Shown: in pieces, positions 26,334 through 34,482 of the stretch
How positions within the stretch are numbered: the stretch's first letter is position 1
How the letters are laid out: every line of letters begins with the position of its first letter
Origin: Eubacteriales bacterium
GTDB taxonomy: Bacteria > Bacillota > Clostridia > Oscillospirales > CAG-272
Assembly (NCBI GenBank): GCA_045580755.1
Contig: JAZNOI010000129.1
Span: 1 to 59,932 of the forward strand
Direction of reading: 5' to 3'
Length of the DNA stretch: 59,932 nt
The notes under the pieces: model-generated
Database searches by the model: none
The model's input: the letters and a program-made list of their open reading frames with translations, nothing else
What the model was told of the DNA's origin: nothing
Translations under genes and position numbers: made by a program

Positions 26334-28502
26334 TTACAGCCAAGCAGTACCGAGTGTATGATTTCGGATCTTCAAAAGGTCGCCTATAGTTATCGTTCCG
26401 TCTCCGTCGATATCTCCGCACAGCATTTGAATATCATTCAAATTGCCCGATCCGAGCATCTTGTTTCGCACTTTCAAAAGGTCGCCTACGTTTACGTTTC
26501 CGTCTCCGTCGATATCACCCTTGACAGCTGCAGTGTACTTGGCATAAGACATACCGTTTGTCGTAAACACCTCTATAACATCGCCCGTTACGATCGCGTC
26601 GGTAGTGTTTTTCACCGTGCCGTCAGCCTTTTTGACGACTATATCGCCAAGACTTATAAAGCGGGATTTGAAATCAGCTATTTTCATTCCGGGAGAAATT
26701 CCGGGTACAGCCGAATTCTTTACAACAAAATTGTTCGTAAAGCTTACGTCTCCGAAAGTATCGGATTCTTCTTTCGCAACGGTAAGTTTGTACGTCCTAA
26801 CCGTTCCGTTTCCTGCCGTAACCTTTATTTCGAACACGCTGTTTCCTTCAGAGATCGCGTGCTGTCCGACACCCTCCGTCTTTGCAGTTCCCTCCATTGT
26901 AACAGCGTTGATATTGATCGAGTTTACACTGGGCGGAAGAACGAGCATGTATTCAAGAACGTCGGGATTGAAATCGGGAGTGAGTGTATATCCTTCAACA
27001 GTCAACGATGAAAGCTTCATATTCGGCGAACCGTCACCCTTAGGCTGAGGACAAGGTTTTTCCGGCATCTTGTCATATATCGGTATATAGAAGGAGAGGG
27101 GTGTTTCTCTAAGCTCTTGCGTATAACCCGTCGCAAGTCTCGTCGCTTCAACAGCGGGACCGTATGCCGAAGTCATATACTGATGTGTAAAAGGATGGTC
27201 GCCCTGAACGTTAAATCTCTTTAAGTACAGAGTGTTCTGTCCTACCGTTATGTATCCGTCAGCATAGAAATACGCTCCGCCTTCAATAGCCTTCAGTCTC
27301 GTATTCCATGGACGTAGATAAGTCGTACTTCCTTCCCATCCGCCTTTCGCATACCAAAGACCTCTTTGTATCGGGTTCATTCCGTTTGCCGTATAAGCGC
27401 CTATATTATAATAATTGTAGTAACCTACGTATCCGGGATAAGTTCCGGAAATAATACTTGATCCCTGACTTCCGACCTCGATTATGATCATGGACGACAA
27501 AACGTAGGGGTTGACCTTATATTTTGTTCCCGCGTTAAAGATCGCCTCTGCATAATTCAAAGTAGTTCCGTCTGCGTCTACAACGTCTTTTTCCATAAAC
27601 GTGCCCGCAATAACTCGCTTTACTCCGTCTATCGTCTGAACATTTGGATCGTAGCTCTGATCAAGGAACTGGAATACAGAGTTCACTCCGAGGAAGTTTC
27701 TGGGGTCCATATAGTGCATTATTACTTCTTTAGAGGCTCTGACCCATCTGTCGCCGTCATATATCAGCCACTGGTTCGTCTCCCAGTTATACGCTCCGTT
27801 TTCAACAGATTTCCACGATGACGGGAACGAGTTTTCTACCAAGCTTTTGTCAAGCTGCTGCGAAACGGCATAATCGAATTCAAAGCCAGTATGATGCGCC
27901 TTAAATACCCAGTTCGGATAAAGGTTATGTAGCTCACGCAAATACGGTTTATAGCTTTCGGGGAACTTCTGTTCATCCAAATAAGCTTCAAAATCAAAGG
28001 GTTCGGGCTCGGGTTCGGTAGTTTCGCCCGGTGCTGTCGTCTCACCGTCGGGGGACGTTGTTTCGCCGTCGGGAGCAGTGGTTTCACCGTCGGGAGCAGT
28101 AGTCTCTCCCGGAGCTGTCGTCTCGCCGTCGGGAGCGGAAGTATCGGGAGCTGCCGTAGTAACTTCACCCGTGATCTGTACGTAGTGAGCCGTAACGTAA
28201 CCTACGTGATTATTGACCTCGACCAGATACCAAAGATCGGTATCTCTGATCGTCTCTCCCCTCTTTTCGCCGATAATAATAACGGTCGCTCCGCTGTCCA
28301 CCGCGCATACGACTGCAGTGCCCGTGCTTGCATCTGCACGAACGTTAAGCGGAATACCGGGAGAGGTGGTTATCACACCGTATTTTTTCGTATACGGTTC
28401 GGCTCCGAAGATCGTATAGCCAACCGTAGCGAGAAATACAGCCAGGATAAGCACCGCCAATGCAAACTTCTTTATTCTGTTTTGACCAAAGTCAAAGCTC
28501 AT
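26334..28502 (-). CDS. Secreted SH3b / GH73-type glucosaminidase-like / cadherin-like / type I dockerin protein (722 aa)
   Basis: SH3b-like LNVRADASTGTAVV..LWYLVEVNNHVGYVTAHYV. Tandem TAPDGET linker. Glucosaminidase-like NPYVLSSMIIIEVGSQGSS..YNYYNIGAY..GGAYFYADGYI. LSSLTVEGYTLTPDFNPDVLEY. C-terminal GDIDGDGNVNVGDLLKVRN..GDIDGDGTITIGDLLKIRN (two dockerin calcium loops). Confidence 0.7.
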   Translation of the reverse strand: MSFDFGQNRIKKFALAVLILAVFLATVGYTIFGAEPYTKKYGVITTSPGIPLNVRADASTGTAVVCAVDSGATVIIIGEKRGETIRDTDLWYLVEVNNHVGYVTAHYVQITGEVTTAAPDTSAPDGETTAPGETTAPDGETTAPDGETTSPDGETTAPGETTEPEPEPFDFEAYLDEQKFPESYKPYLRELHNLYPNWVFKAHHTGFEFDYAVSQQLDKSLVENSFPSSWKSVENGAYNWETNQWLIYDGDRWVRASKEVIMHYMDPRNFLGVNSVFQFLDQSYDPNVQTIDGVKRVIAGTFMEKDVVDADGTTLNYAEAIFNAGTKYKVNPYVLSSMIIIEVGSQGSSIISGTYPGYVGYYNYYNIGAYTANGMNPIQRGLWYAKGGWEGSTTYLRPWNTRLKAIEGGAYFYADGYITVGQNTLYLKRFNVQGDHPFTHQYMTSAYGPAVEATRLATGYTQELRETPLSFYIPIYDKMPEKPCPQPKGDGSPNMKLSSLTVEGYTLTPDFNPDVLEYMLVLPPSVNSININAVTMEGTAKTEGVGQHAISEGNSVFEIKVTAGNGTVRTYKLTVAKEESDTFGDVSFTNNFVVKNSAVPGISPGMKIADFKSRFISLGDIVVKKADGTVKNTTDAIVTGDVIEVFTTNGMSYAKYTAAVKGDIDGDGNVNVGDLLKVRNKMLGSGNLNDIQMLCGDIDGDGTITIGDLLKIRNHTLGTAWL
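28019..28140 (-). repeat. In-frame tandem repeat of about 21 nt encoding the (T)APDGET(T) linker
   Basis: Repeated GTTTC(G/A)CCGTCGGGAGCAGT(G/A) units. The protein reads APDGETTAPGETTAPDGETTAPDGETTSPDGETTAPGETT. Confidence 0.7.
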
Positions 28503-28633
28503 ACATTTCTCCTATTTAAACAAGTACACCCTTACAGGTGCGCACACATATATACATTATACAAAAATAATCGAATTTTGTCAACAAAACAAAGCCAATA
28601 TGCTTAGCATTATTATAAGCCAATTTTTACCTT

Positions 28634-28663
28634 GCATATTTTCAGCCTGTCGTTCACATACTT
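28634..28663 (+). promoter_or_regulatory. Possible forespore-type (sigma-F/G-like) promoter GCATA-18-CATACTT upstream of the micro-ORF
   Basis: Compared by eye with the Bacillus sigma-G consensus GHATR-17/18-CATXHTA. There is one mismatch at the last position. Confidence 0.25.
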
Positions 28664-28725
28664 TTAGCGTAAAACATAAATCGAAACAACGTATTTCTTC
28701 GGTTTATTTACAAGGAGATATTACA

Positions 28726-28839
28726 ATGGATAACAAGAATCAGAACAAAACCAACAAAACTAACAAAACTAACAAAACAAATCGCACAGAAAACACAAAC
28801 AAGAACGAACAGCAGGACTCCAACAACAACTGCCGCTGA
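28726..28839 (+). CDS. 37-aa hydrophilic Asn/Lys/Thr-rich peptide MDNKNQNKTNKTNKTNKTNRTENTNKNEQQDSNNNCR
   Basis: ATG 7 nt after AAGGAGA. A strong terminator follows the stop by about 15 nt. It stands alone between two minus-strand genes. The track's upstream extension from 28600 has no RBS. Confidence 0.45.
   Translation: MDNKNQNKTNKTNKTNKTNRTENTNKNEQQDSNNNCR
28744..28779 (+). repeat. Four tandem 9-nt units AACAAAAC(C/T/A) encoding (NKT)x4
   Basis: Read directly inside the micro-ORF. Confidence 0.8.
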
Positions 28840-28852
28840 CGTTTCAACAATC

Positions 28853-28884
28853 AAAAAAGGTACGCTGTTAATGCGTACCTTTTT
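28853..28884. terminator. Bidirectional terminator between the micro-ORF and the 1416-aa gene
   Basis: AAAAAA-GGTACGC-TGTTAAT-GCGTACC-TTTTT. Confidence 0.75.
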
Positions 28885-28894
28885 GTTGTTTATT

Positions 28895-31800
28895 TTAAGA
28901 AGCTGTTACCGTTATCCTGTCAAGCTCGACCGTGCCTACGGCAAGCTCAGCTTTAAGAGTATAGGTATAGCTCTTGCCGATGTAATTCGGACGATAGAGG
29001 TATTTGCCGGGATTGTCGTTATACGTTGTTTGTGTAGACGTAAACAAGTTGCCGACCGAATACGAGTTCTTGTTTGTCAAAGCTCTTGCAGTCGCCGTGT
29101 ATACAGTTCCGTCTTCAAGTTCGATCGTCGCATATACCGCAAGTATGGGATAGTTCGATTCGATTATACCCATCTGACCCGACGTTGCGGTCTCGAGATT
29201 AGACTTCGTTGCTTTACGCGTGAGTCCGATATAATGGTTTTCCGACTCATTCGTCTTGAATTCGGTAGGTCTCAAAATAATCGCCGCCGAGTCTCCTGTC
29301 GCGAGAAGGCTAAATGAATACTTGTGCTCCCAGAACGTTGAATCGTAACCGCTTTCCGGTGTCCAGTTGATAGATTCTCCGTTCTTCGCAACTCCATATA
29401 CCTCACTTTCAAGCGTATCGGTCTGCTCAAGCATCAGTATATAGCTCTTGTCGGGATCGATCCTGCCCGTCGTATCATCTCTCACAACGTGTGTCTCCTG
29501 AACAAGACGGGTATGTCCGCCGGTTGAAAGCTTATATACGAAGTCTCCCTTTTCAGCCAAAGCATAAGATTCATACAAAGCCTCGGCACCGTACGTTTTT
29601 ACCAAAGATCCCGTGTAAGAAGCAACTCCGTAGAAAATATCTTCCAATCCCAAGAGTCTCATATCCGGGTTACCTCTCGAGCTTGCATGGAGTCTGATCA
29701 CCTTCTGATAAGCGTGATACATAGACGCGCTGCAGTGGTTACCCATTACCCAGTTCCAGTCGGTTTTACCCGCAGGACCGGTATATGTATATACATTTAC
29801 ACCTAACTTGGAATTATACGTAGGCGTTTTGTCAAGAACGCTTTGGAAGTCCTCGAGAGTAGCTCTCATATTCGAGTACGTTACGCCCCTGTAAATCACA
29901 TTCTTTGTAAACTGGGTGTTAGGTACAAAGCCCGTGCCTCCGGTAAGGTTAGAGTAGTAAAACGTTTCGGCAGGCGTCCAATATACGTTCATCTGCTCTT
30001 TCATATGATCGATCACTGTCTGAGTCATATTGCTGAAGTCTGCGCCGAATTTATTTTCGTACGAAGCATACATGCTGTCCAACGAATAGAGAGGCTTGGT
30101 ATACGTATGGGAAACGACCGTCTTTTGTCCTTCATTTGCAATATCGGCTGACACGGTCAAAACATACTGTTTTCCCTCGACCATATAGCTGAGGATCTTG
30201 CTCATATCAAAACAAGAAAGGTCAAATTTATTAACGTTCTGATCTTTAACCGAGTTACAGTAAACCGTCTGGTCATAGAAAATTCCGTCGCCTTCATTTC
30301 TGCTGAGCTTAACGTTTACCGAAATGATCTGCTTGTTCGACTGAATACTGCCGGAAAGCTTACCCGTTCTCATAGCTTCATCAGCATCAAAGTTATTTAC
30401 CAAAACGGTAGTGTTCGACTGACAGCCGGTTGCAAGCTCAGGAAGAGTTACGGGAATATAGCCATTACTGTACAAGGTACTAAAAGTCATTGTAGTGCTA
30501 TAGAAATGAGTTTTTCCTCCGTTTTTATCACGAAGGGTGGGGCCGAACTGCATAAGCTTAAGCGAATTCGTTCCCGGAACAGCGTCTTCCATTACCATAT
30601 AAATACTGTTTCCGCCGCCCGTCGTACGAGCCAGAACAACGTCTCCGCGTTTGCACTGTGCATAAGCAGCGTTCATTGTTGCAGAGCCTGATGCATTCGT
30701 AATGGTGTCGGTGTAATTGGTTGATGAAGTATAGCTGTAATCACCTACCGTAAGAGTTCCCCTTCCGTATGAAGGAATAAACGATCTCAACGTGGTGAGC
30801 CATACAGCGTTTGTTCCAACCTTGTTCCAAACGTTGACGATCATACCCGTATAGTCGGTTGCCGGGAACAAAGTTGTTATTTCGTGGTATTTTTCATCGA
30901 CCTTGTATTTTTTAGTTTGAATATCATTATAAGGAGCCGTTCCCGATGTGTAAAGATCGTTTACGCCCTCGATCGGACCGAAATATACGTTCGTTCCGTC
31001 CTTAAACGGCTTTATATGTCTTTCAAACTCTTCAAACTCTGCTTTGCTGTTATTAACGTACGCCATGCCGTAATACGTCGTACCTGCAGAGTAGGTATAT
31101 TTTCCGTAATAATTGTTACCGCCCATCGTAACACTTTCGGTCAGATCAACATCTGTACTGGGCGTCCATTTGTAGTTCGCCATAGCATTCATTTCGGCAA
31201 CTACTATATCACGAAGTCTTTCTGCGTTTTCGCTGTCGTATACGGAGAGATTCTTATTTGTTTTGCCTGAAGTATACGCTTGATATCTGTCGATTATATT
31301 AGTAGTGATCCAAGCTACGTCCTCGTAAGACTTCTCTGCTGCGAGTTGTGCAACTCCAAGCACGCTTCTTCTCACGGGCTCGGAATACTCAATATAAGTT
31401 CTGCCGTCATGTTCGTATTCTATGTAAGCTATGGCAATTATATCTTTCGCATAGTCGTTAAGCTGAATATTGCCGTAAACGCCCGAGAAAGTAGTCTTGC
31501 TTTCGGTGTTATACATTCCGGTCTTGTCGTATTCGGCTCTGAATTTCGTGCCGTATGCCGTCATTTCATTTACGCCGTAAAGTTCTTCCAAAGAACCCAT
31601 ATCCTGCTCTTTAAGAACACTGCTGTCCCATGCGATAAATCCGTAATCCTTTACGGTTATGTGATCATCGCCCGAACCGAATGCCATCTCCGCAACGAAA
31701 CGGAGACCTGCATCAGTATCTTGCGTGCTTATCTGTGCTCCCAAAATAACGGGAACAGGGCTCTTTACGACAGTGATATCTTTGCTGAATCCGCTTATTG

Positions 31801-33145
31801 TTTTTCCACCGTAGGTTCCCGTTACTGTAGACGTTCCCTCTTTGGTGTTATCATAATCAAACTTGAAGTTTTTGTCCGTATCCGTATATTCAACAACAGC
31901 AGTCTTGTTGTTTGTATATTTTAAAGTAAGGGAAAGTCCGTCAGCTTCATACTCCTCGCCTACAAATCCGAGAGTGTTCGTCGAGTTTGTTTTCATTGTA
32001 ACCGAGCTGAGCATCTGAGTCGGATAATACACCGTTGAGCCGGAAATAGTACCTACGCTTGTAGCGGGATACTCAGAAAAGTCTACCGTAAGAATAGGAT
32101 CAAAACAGCCGGAAACAAGTGTTCCGTGATGCTTAGTAACCCAGGTCGCAGAAGTGAACGTGCCGCCGGATACCTTAATAGTAGCTTTTTGATTCTTATA
32201 TCCCGTGCCGACATTGTTCGAAGCGCAAATAGCCTCATTAAACGTTCCGCCCGTTACGTTTACATTTACTTCTCCGAAGTGGAATATAGAATTTGATCTG
32301 GAGCCTCCGATAACGTTGCTCATGAACGTTCCTCCGTTTATGTTAAGAGTAACGTCGCCTCTGTGAACGTCACCGGCATTTCCGTACATTCCGCCGTAGA
32401 CTCTGTACCAAGTACCGCTGTTTATCGTTACGTTTGTATCGTAGTTCAGGTCTCCGTATCTTTTTGTACCGCTTATAGAAAGATATTGAGCGTTCGACGA
32501 GGGAGTAACGATATTTCCCGCACTGTTTTCGTATACACAGTTCAAACCGTCACCAAAAACAGTATCATAACCACCACAGCAAATAGCAAGGTTGCTGTCG
32601 CACTGATCACCGCTGTTTCTTCCGGTCTTGCTGACAAAGGTCATATTCTCAAAAGTGGTTTTGCCGCCCAAGTTGAGATATGTTCCCTCGGTTATAACGA
32701 GCCTGCCGCCGTTTTGTGCTGTAATAGTTATCTCGTTGTTTCCGTGATCGGGCATATAGAAGTCTCTCTGGGTAGTTCTCGCACCGGCATACGTCTTTGA
32801 ATAATCCAATACAACGTCGCCGACAAGAACGAGAGTTCCCCCCGTCTTGCTGAGCTTTTCAGCAGCCTGATAAAGAACGCTGTTCATATAAAGCGTACGA
32901 TTTACGTAATAAGAGTAATCGTTTGAGGGATCTCCATCATCCAACAGCGTAGTGTCCGCATCGTTTGGAACCCTTTCAACCAATTCAGGACCAAGAGGAC
33001 TGCTTGCCGATGATCCGTCTCCCGTTCCGTTATCCGAAATGTAGATAACGTTTGTTGCCGCACTTGCAGGTACGATCGCTACGGATATTACAACCGTGAG
33101 CATCACCAACAGTGCCAACAATGAATAACGAACAAAATACTTCAT
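28895..33145 (-). CDS. Large secreted surface protein (1416 aa): signal peptide, GGxF beta-helix-type repeats, Big_3-like Ig domain, then two tandem copies of the Cys/His module (first copy degenerate)
   Basis: Start at MKYFVRYSLLALLVMLTVVISVAIVPASA (GGAGAG RBS). Repeats LNINGGTFMSNVIGGS, VNVTGGTFNEAICAS, IKVSGGTFTSATWV. Ig-like GFVGEEYEADGLSLTLKYTNNKTAVV..GTSTVTGTYGGKT. Module D1 is about nt 30089-31231 and D2 about nt 28898-30061. Confidence 0.75.
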   Translation of the reverse strand: MKYFVRYSLLALLVMLTVVISVAIVPASAATNVIYISDNGTGDGSSASSPLGPELVERVPNDADTTLLDDGDPSNDYSYYVNRTLYMNSVLYQAAEKLSKTGGTLVLVGDVVLDYSKTYAGARTTQRDFYMPDHGNNEITITAQNGGRLVITEGTYLNLGGKTTFENMTFVSKTGRNSGDQCDSNLAICCGGYDTVFGDGLNCVYENSAGNIVTPSSNAQYLSISGTKRYGDLNYDTNVTINSGTWYRVYGGMYGNAGDVHRGDVTLNINGGTFMSNVIGGSRSNSIFHFGEVNVNVTGGTFNEAICASNNVGTGYKNQKATIKVSGGTFTSATWVTKHHGTLVSGCFDPILTVDFSEYPATSVGTISGSTVYYPTQMLSSVTMKTNSTNTLGFVGEEYEADGLSLTLKYTNNKTAVVEYTDTDKNFKFDYDNTKEGTSTVTGTYGGKTISGFSKDITVVKSPVPVILGAQISTQDTDAGLRFVAEMAFGSGDDHITVKDYGFIAWDSSVLKEQDMGSLEELYGVNEMTAYGTKFRAEYDKTGMYNTESKTTFSGVYGNIQLNDYAKDIIAIAYIEYEHDGRTYIEYSEPVRRSVLGVAQLAAEKSYEDVAWITTNIIDRYQAYTSGKTNKNLSVYDSENAERLRDIVVAEMNAMANYKWTPSTDVDLTESVTMGGNNYYGKYTYSAGTTYYGMAYVNNSKAEFEEFERHIKPFKDGTNVYFGPIEGVNDLYTSGTAPYNDIQTKKYKVDEKYHEITTLFPATDYTGMIVNVWNKVGTNAVWLTTLRSFIPSYGRGTLTVGDYSYTSSTNYTDTITNASGSATMNAAYAQCKRGDVVLARTTGGGNSIYMVMEDAVPGTNSLKLMQFGPTLRDKNGGKTHFYSTTMTFSTLYSNGYIPVTLPELATGCQSNTTVLVNNFDADEAMRTGKLSGSIQSNKQIISVNVKLSRNEGDGIFYDQTVYCNSVKDQNVNKFDLSCFDMSKILSYMVEGKQYVLTVSADIANEGQKTVVSHTYTKPLYSLDSMYASYENKFGADFSNMTQTVIDHMKEQMNVYWTPAETFYYSNLTGGTGFVPNTQFTKNVIYRGVTYSNMRATLEDFQSVLDKTPTYNSKLGVNVYTYTGPAGKTDWNWVMGNHCSASMYHAYQKVIRLHASSRGNPDMRLLGLEDIFYGVASYTGSLVKTYGAEALYESYALAEKGDFVYKLSTGGHTRLVQETHVVRDDTTGRIDPDKSYILMLEQTDTLESEVYGVAKNGESINWTPESGYDSTFWEHKYSFSLLATGDSAAIILRPTEFKTNESENHYIGLTRKATKSNLETATSGQMGIIESNYPILAVYATIELEDGTVYTATARALTNKNSYSVGNLFTSTQTTYNDNPGKYLYRPNYIGKSYTYTLKAELAVGTVELDRITVTAS

Positions 33146-33176
33146 AGTGTACTCTCCAAAAATCATAATTATAAAC

Positions 33177-33205
33177 ATTTTACACTAATACTCAATTGTT
33201 GTCAA
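33177..33205 (-). promoter_or_regulatory. Promoter TTGACA-17-TAAAAT (minus strand) for the 1416-aa gene
   Basis: Read on the reverse complement, about 30 nt upstream of the ATG at 33145. Confidence 0.45.
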
Positions 33206-33382
33206 CAGATTTTGGCAATTATGAACATAGTATTCACACTATTTACGGCATACTTTCGGCATTTAAAATATAAACAATCAGGGCTTTGCCCCGAACCCCA
33301 CAAAAGGCGCGCTTTTGCAAAAGCGCCCTCTTGACTCCAACCAAAACTTTTAAAATTTTAATAATCTTTACTTGTAGGTTTT

Positions 33383-33420
33383 TATACACAAAGAAAATGC
33401 GTGCCCAAAGCACGCATTTC
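33383..33420 (-). terminator. Intrinsic terminator after the AEC transporter gene
   Basis: AAATGCGTGC-CCAAA-GCACGCATTT followed by TTTTCTTTG on the minus strand. Confidence 0.65.
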
Positions 33421-33426
33421 TGTTAT

Positions 33427-34404
33427 TTAAAAGCATACTACAAACAAATAGTAGATAAGCGGAATCGTAACGACTGCAAACGTACTGGATATGATTGCCA
33501 TCGAAGCACCGGTCTTTGTCTCCCCTCCGTATGCGGCGGGAAATACTATCGTATTAAGTCCGATCGGCGCTGCATATGCTATCATTGCCAAAATAATAAT
33601 ATCTTTGTCGATCGACTCGATTCCAAACAGCTTCAGCGCAATTATAACCAACGACGGTATAACCAAAAGTCTCAAAGCCGCAAGAATATATACTTTAACG
33701 TTTTTGAACAGCTCGCCAATGTTGTAGTTTCCTATAACCATACCCGCAAGCAACATTGCAATAGGTCCCATACAGTTACCCGCATTAGTGATAACAGTAT
33801 TTGCAAACGGGGGAATATATTTATTCAACCCAAAAAGACCTATCAGAATACCGGCTACCAAAGCAATTATAGGCGGTGATAAAAGTCCTTTTCTCAAATT
33901 CTTCAAAACACTCTGGTTTCTGTCTTTCGGTATAAGAATATACAGTCCCCAGCCATAGCAAGCGATCGACAGTCCCAAAGTAAACATCGAATATTTGAAG
34001 AACATATCCATTCCCCAAATCTCTTTGATCAAAAAGTTACCCACAAATCCGTAGTTTGCCAAAGCAATAGCATATCTGTATACGTTTCTTGTATAATCTT
34101 TTTCTCTGCTTTCTTTGTAATCCTTAACAAACAGCTTGGAAATAGGGCCCGAAATAATTATGACAACCAAAATAATTATCGCACTGCTAAGTACGATAAC
34201 ACCGCTCTTTTTCAGTGTCTCGGGGGTACATTTTTCGATCTGCCCCGACAGTGTCAAAGCGGGGGAAAATATAAAAAGCTCCATTCTTGATAAATTGGCG
34301 TGCGCCCGTTCATCAACTATATTCTTTTTTCTCAACACATAACCAATTGCCATAAGAGTAAATATTACGAGCATCTGGTTTATGGTTTTTGTCAAAATAT
34401 CCAT
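33427..34404 (-). CDS. AEC-family (auxin efflux carrier / malate-permease-like) membrane transporter
   Basis: 325 aa, about 10 TM helices. MDILTKTINQMLVIFTLMAIGYVLRKK..NLSRMELFIFSPAL and a C-terminal repeat half are typical of the Mem_trans family. Confidence 0.7.
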   Translation of the reverse strand: MDILTKTINQMLVIFTLMAIGYVLRKKNIVDERAHANLSRMELFIFSPALTLSGQIEKCTPETLKKSGVIVLSSAIIILVVIIISGPISKLFVKDYKESREKDYTRNVYRYAIALANYGFVGNFLIKEIWGMDMFFKYSMFTLGLSIACYGWGLYILIPKDRNQSVLKNLRKGLLSPPIIALVAGILIGLFGLNKYIPPFANTVITNAGNCMGPIAMLLAGMVIGNYNIGELFKNVKVYILAALRLLVIPSLVIIALKLFGIESIDKDIIILAMIAYAAPIGLNTIVFPAAYGGETKTGASMAIISSTFAVVTIPLIYYLFVVCF

Positions 34405-34482
34405 TGTATTGCCTCAATAAATAACCTCAAGGAGAGACTCTTTTTCTAAAAAAGCGTCTCTCCTCAAAAGTATCAAAACCGA

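Noticed and set aside
28600-28725. Hydrophobic 42-aa N-terminal extension of the micro-ORF, which would make a 79-aa protein with a signal-like start
   Set aside because: There is no RBS before 28600. The extension spans the predicted promoter, and the strong AAGGAGA sits just before the internal ATG at 28726. A longer secreted precursor cannot be fully excluded.
28744-28779. Short tandem repeat considered as a CRISPR-like or minisatellite feature
   Set aside because: The 9-nt units are contiguous with no spacers. They lie in-frame inside a small ORF, and no cas genes are present. It is a simple coding microsatellite.
33286-33879. 197-aa plus-strand ORF spanning the intergenic hairpins and the 3' part of the AEC gene
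   Set aside because: It starts inside the palindromic element and runs antisense to a clear membrane-transporter frame. Its composition is Arg/Cys/Tyr/Asn-rich.
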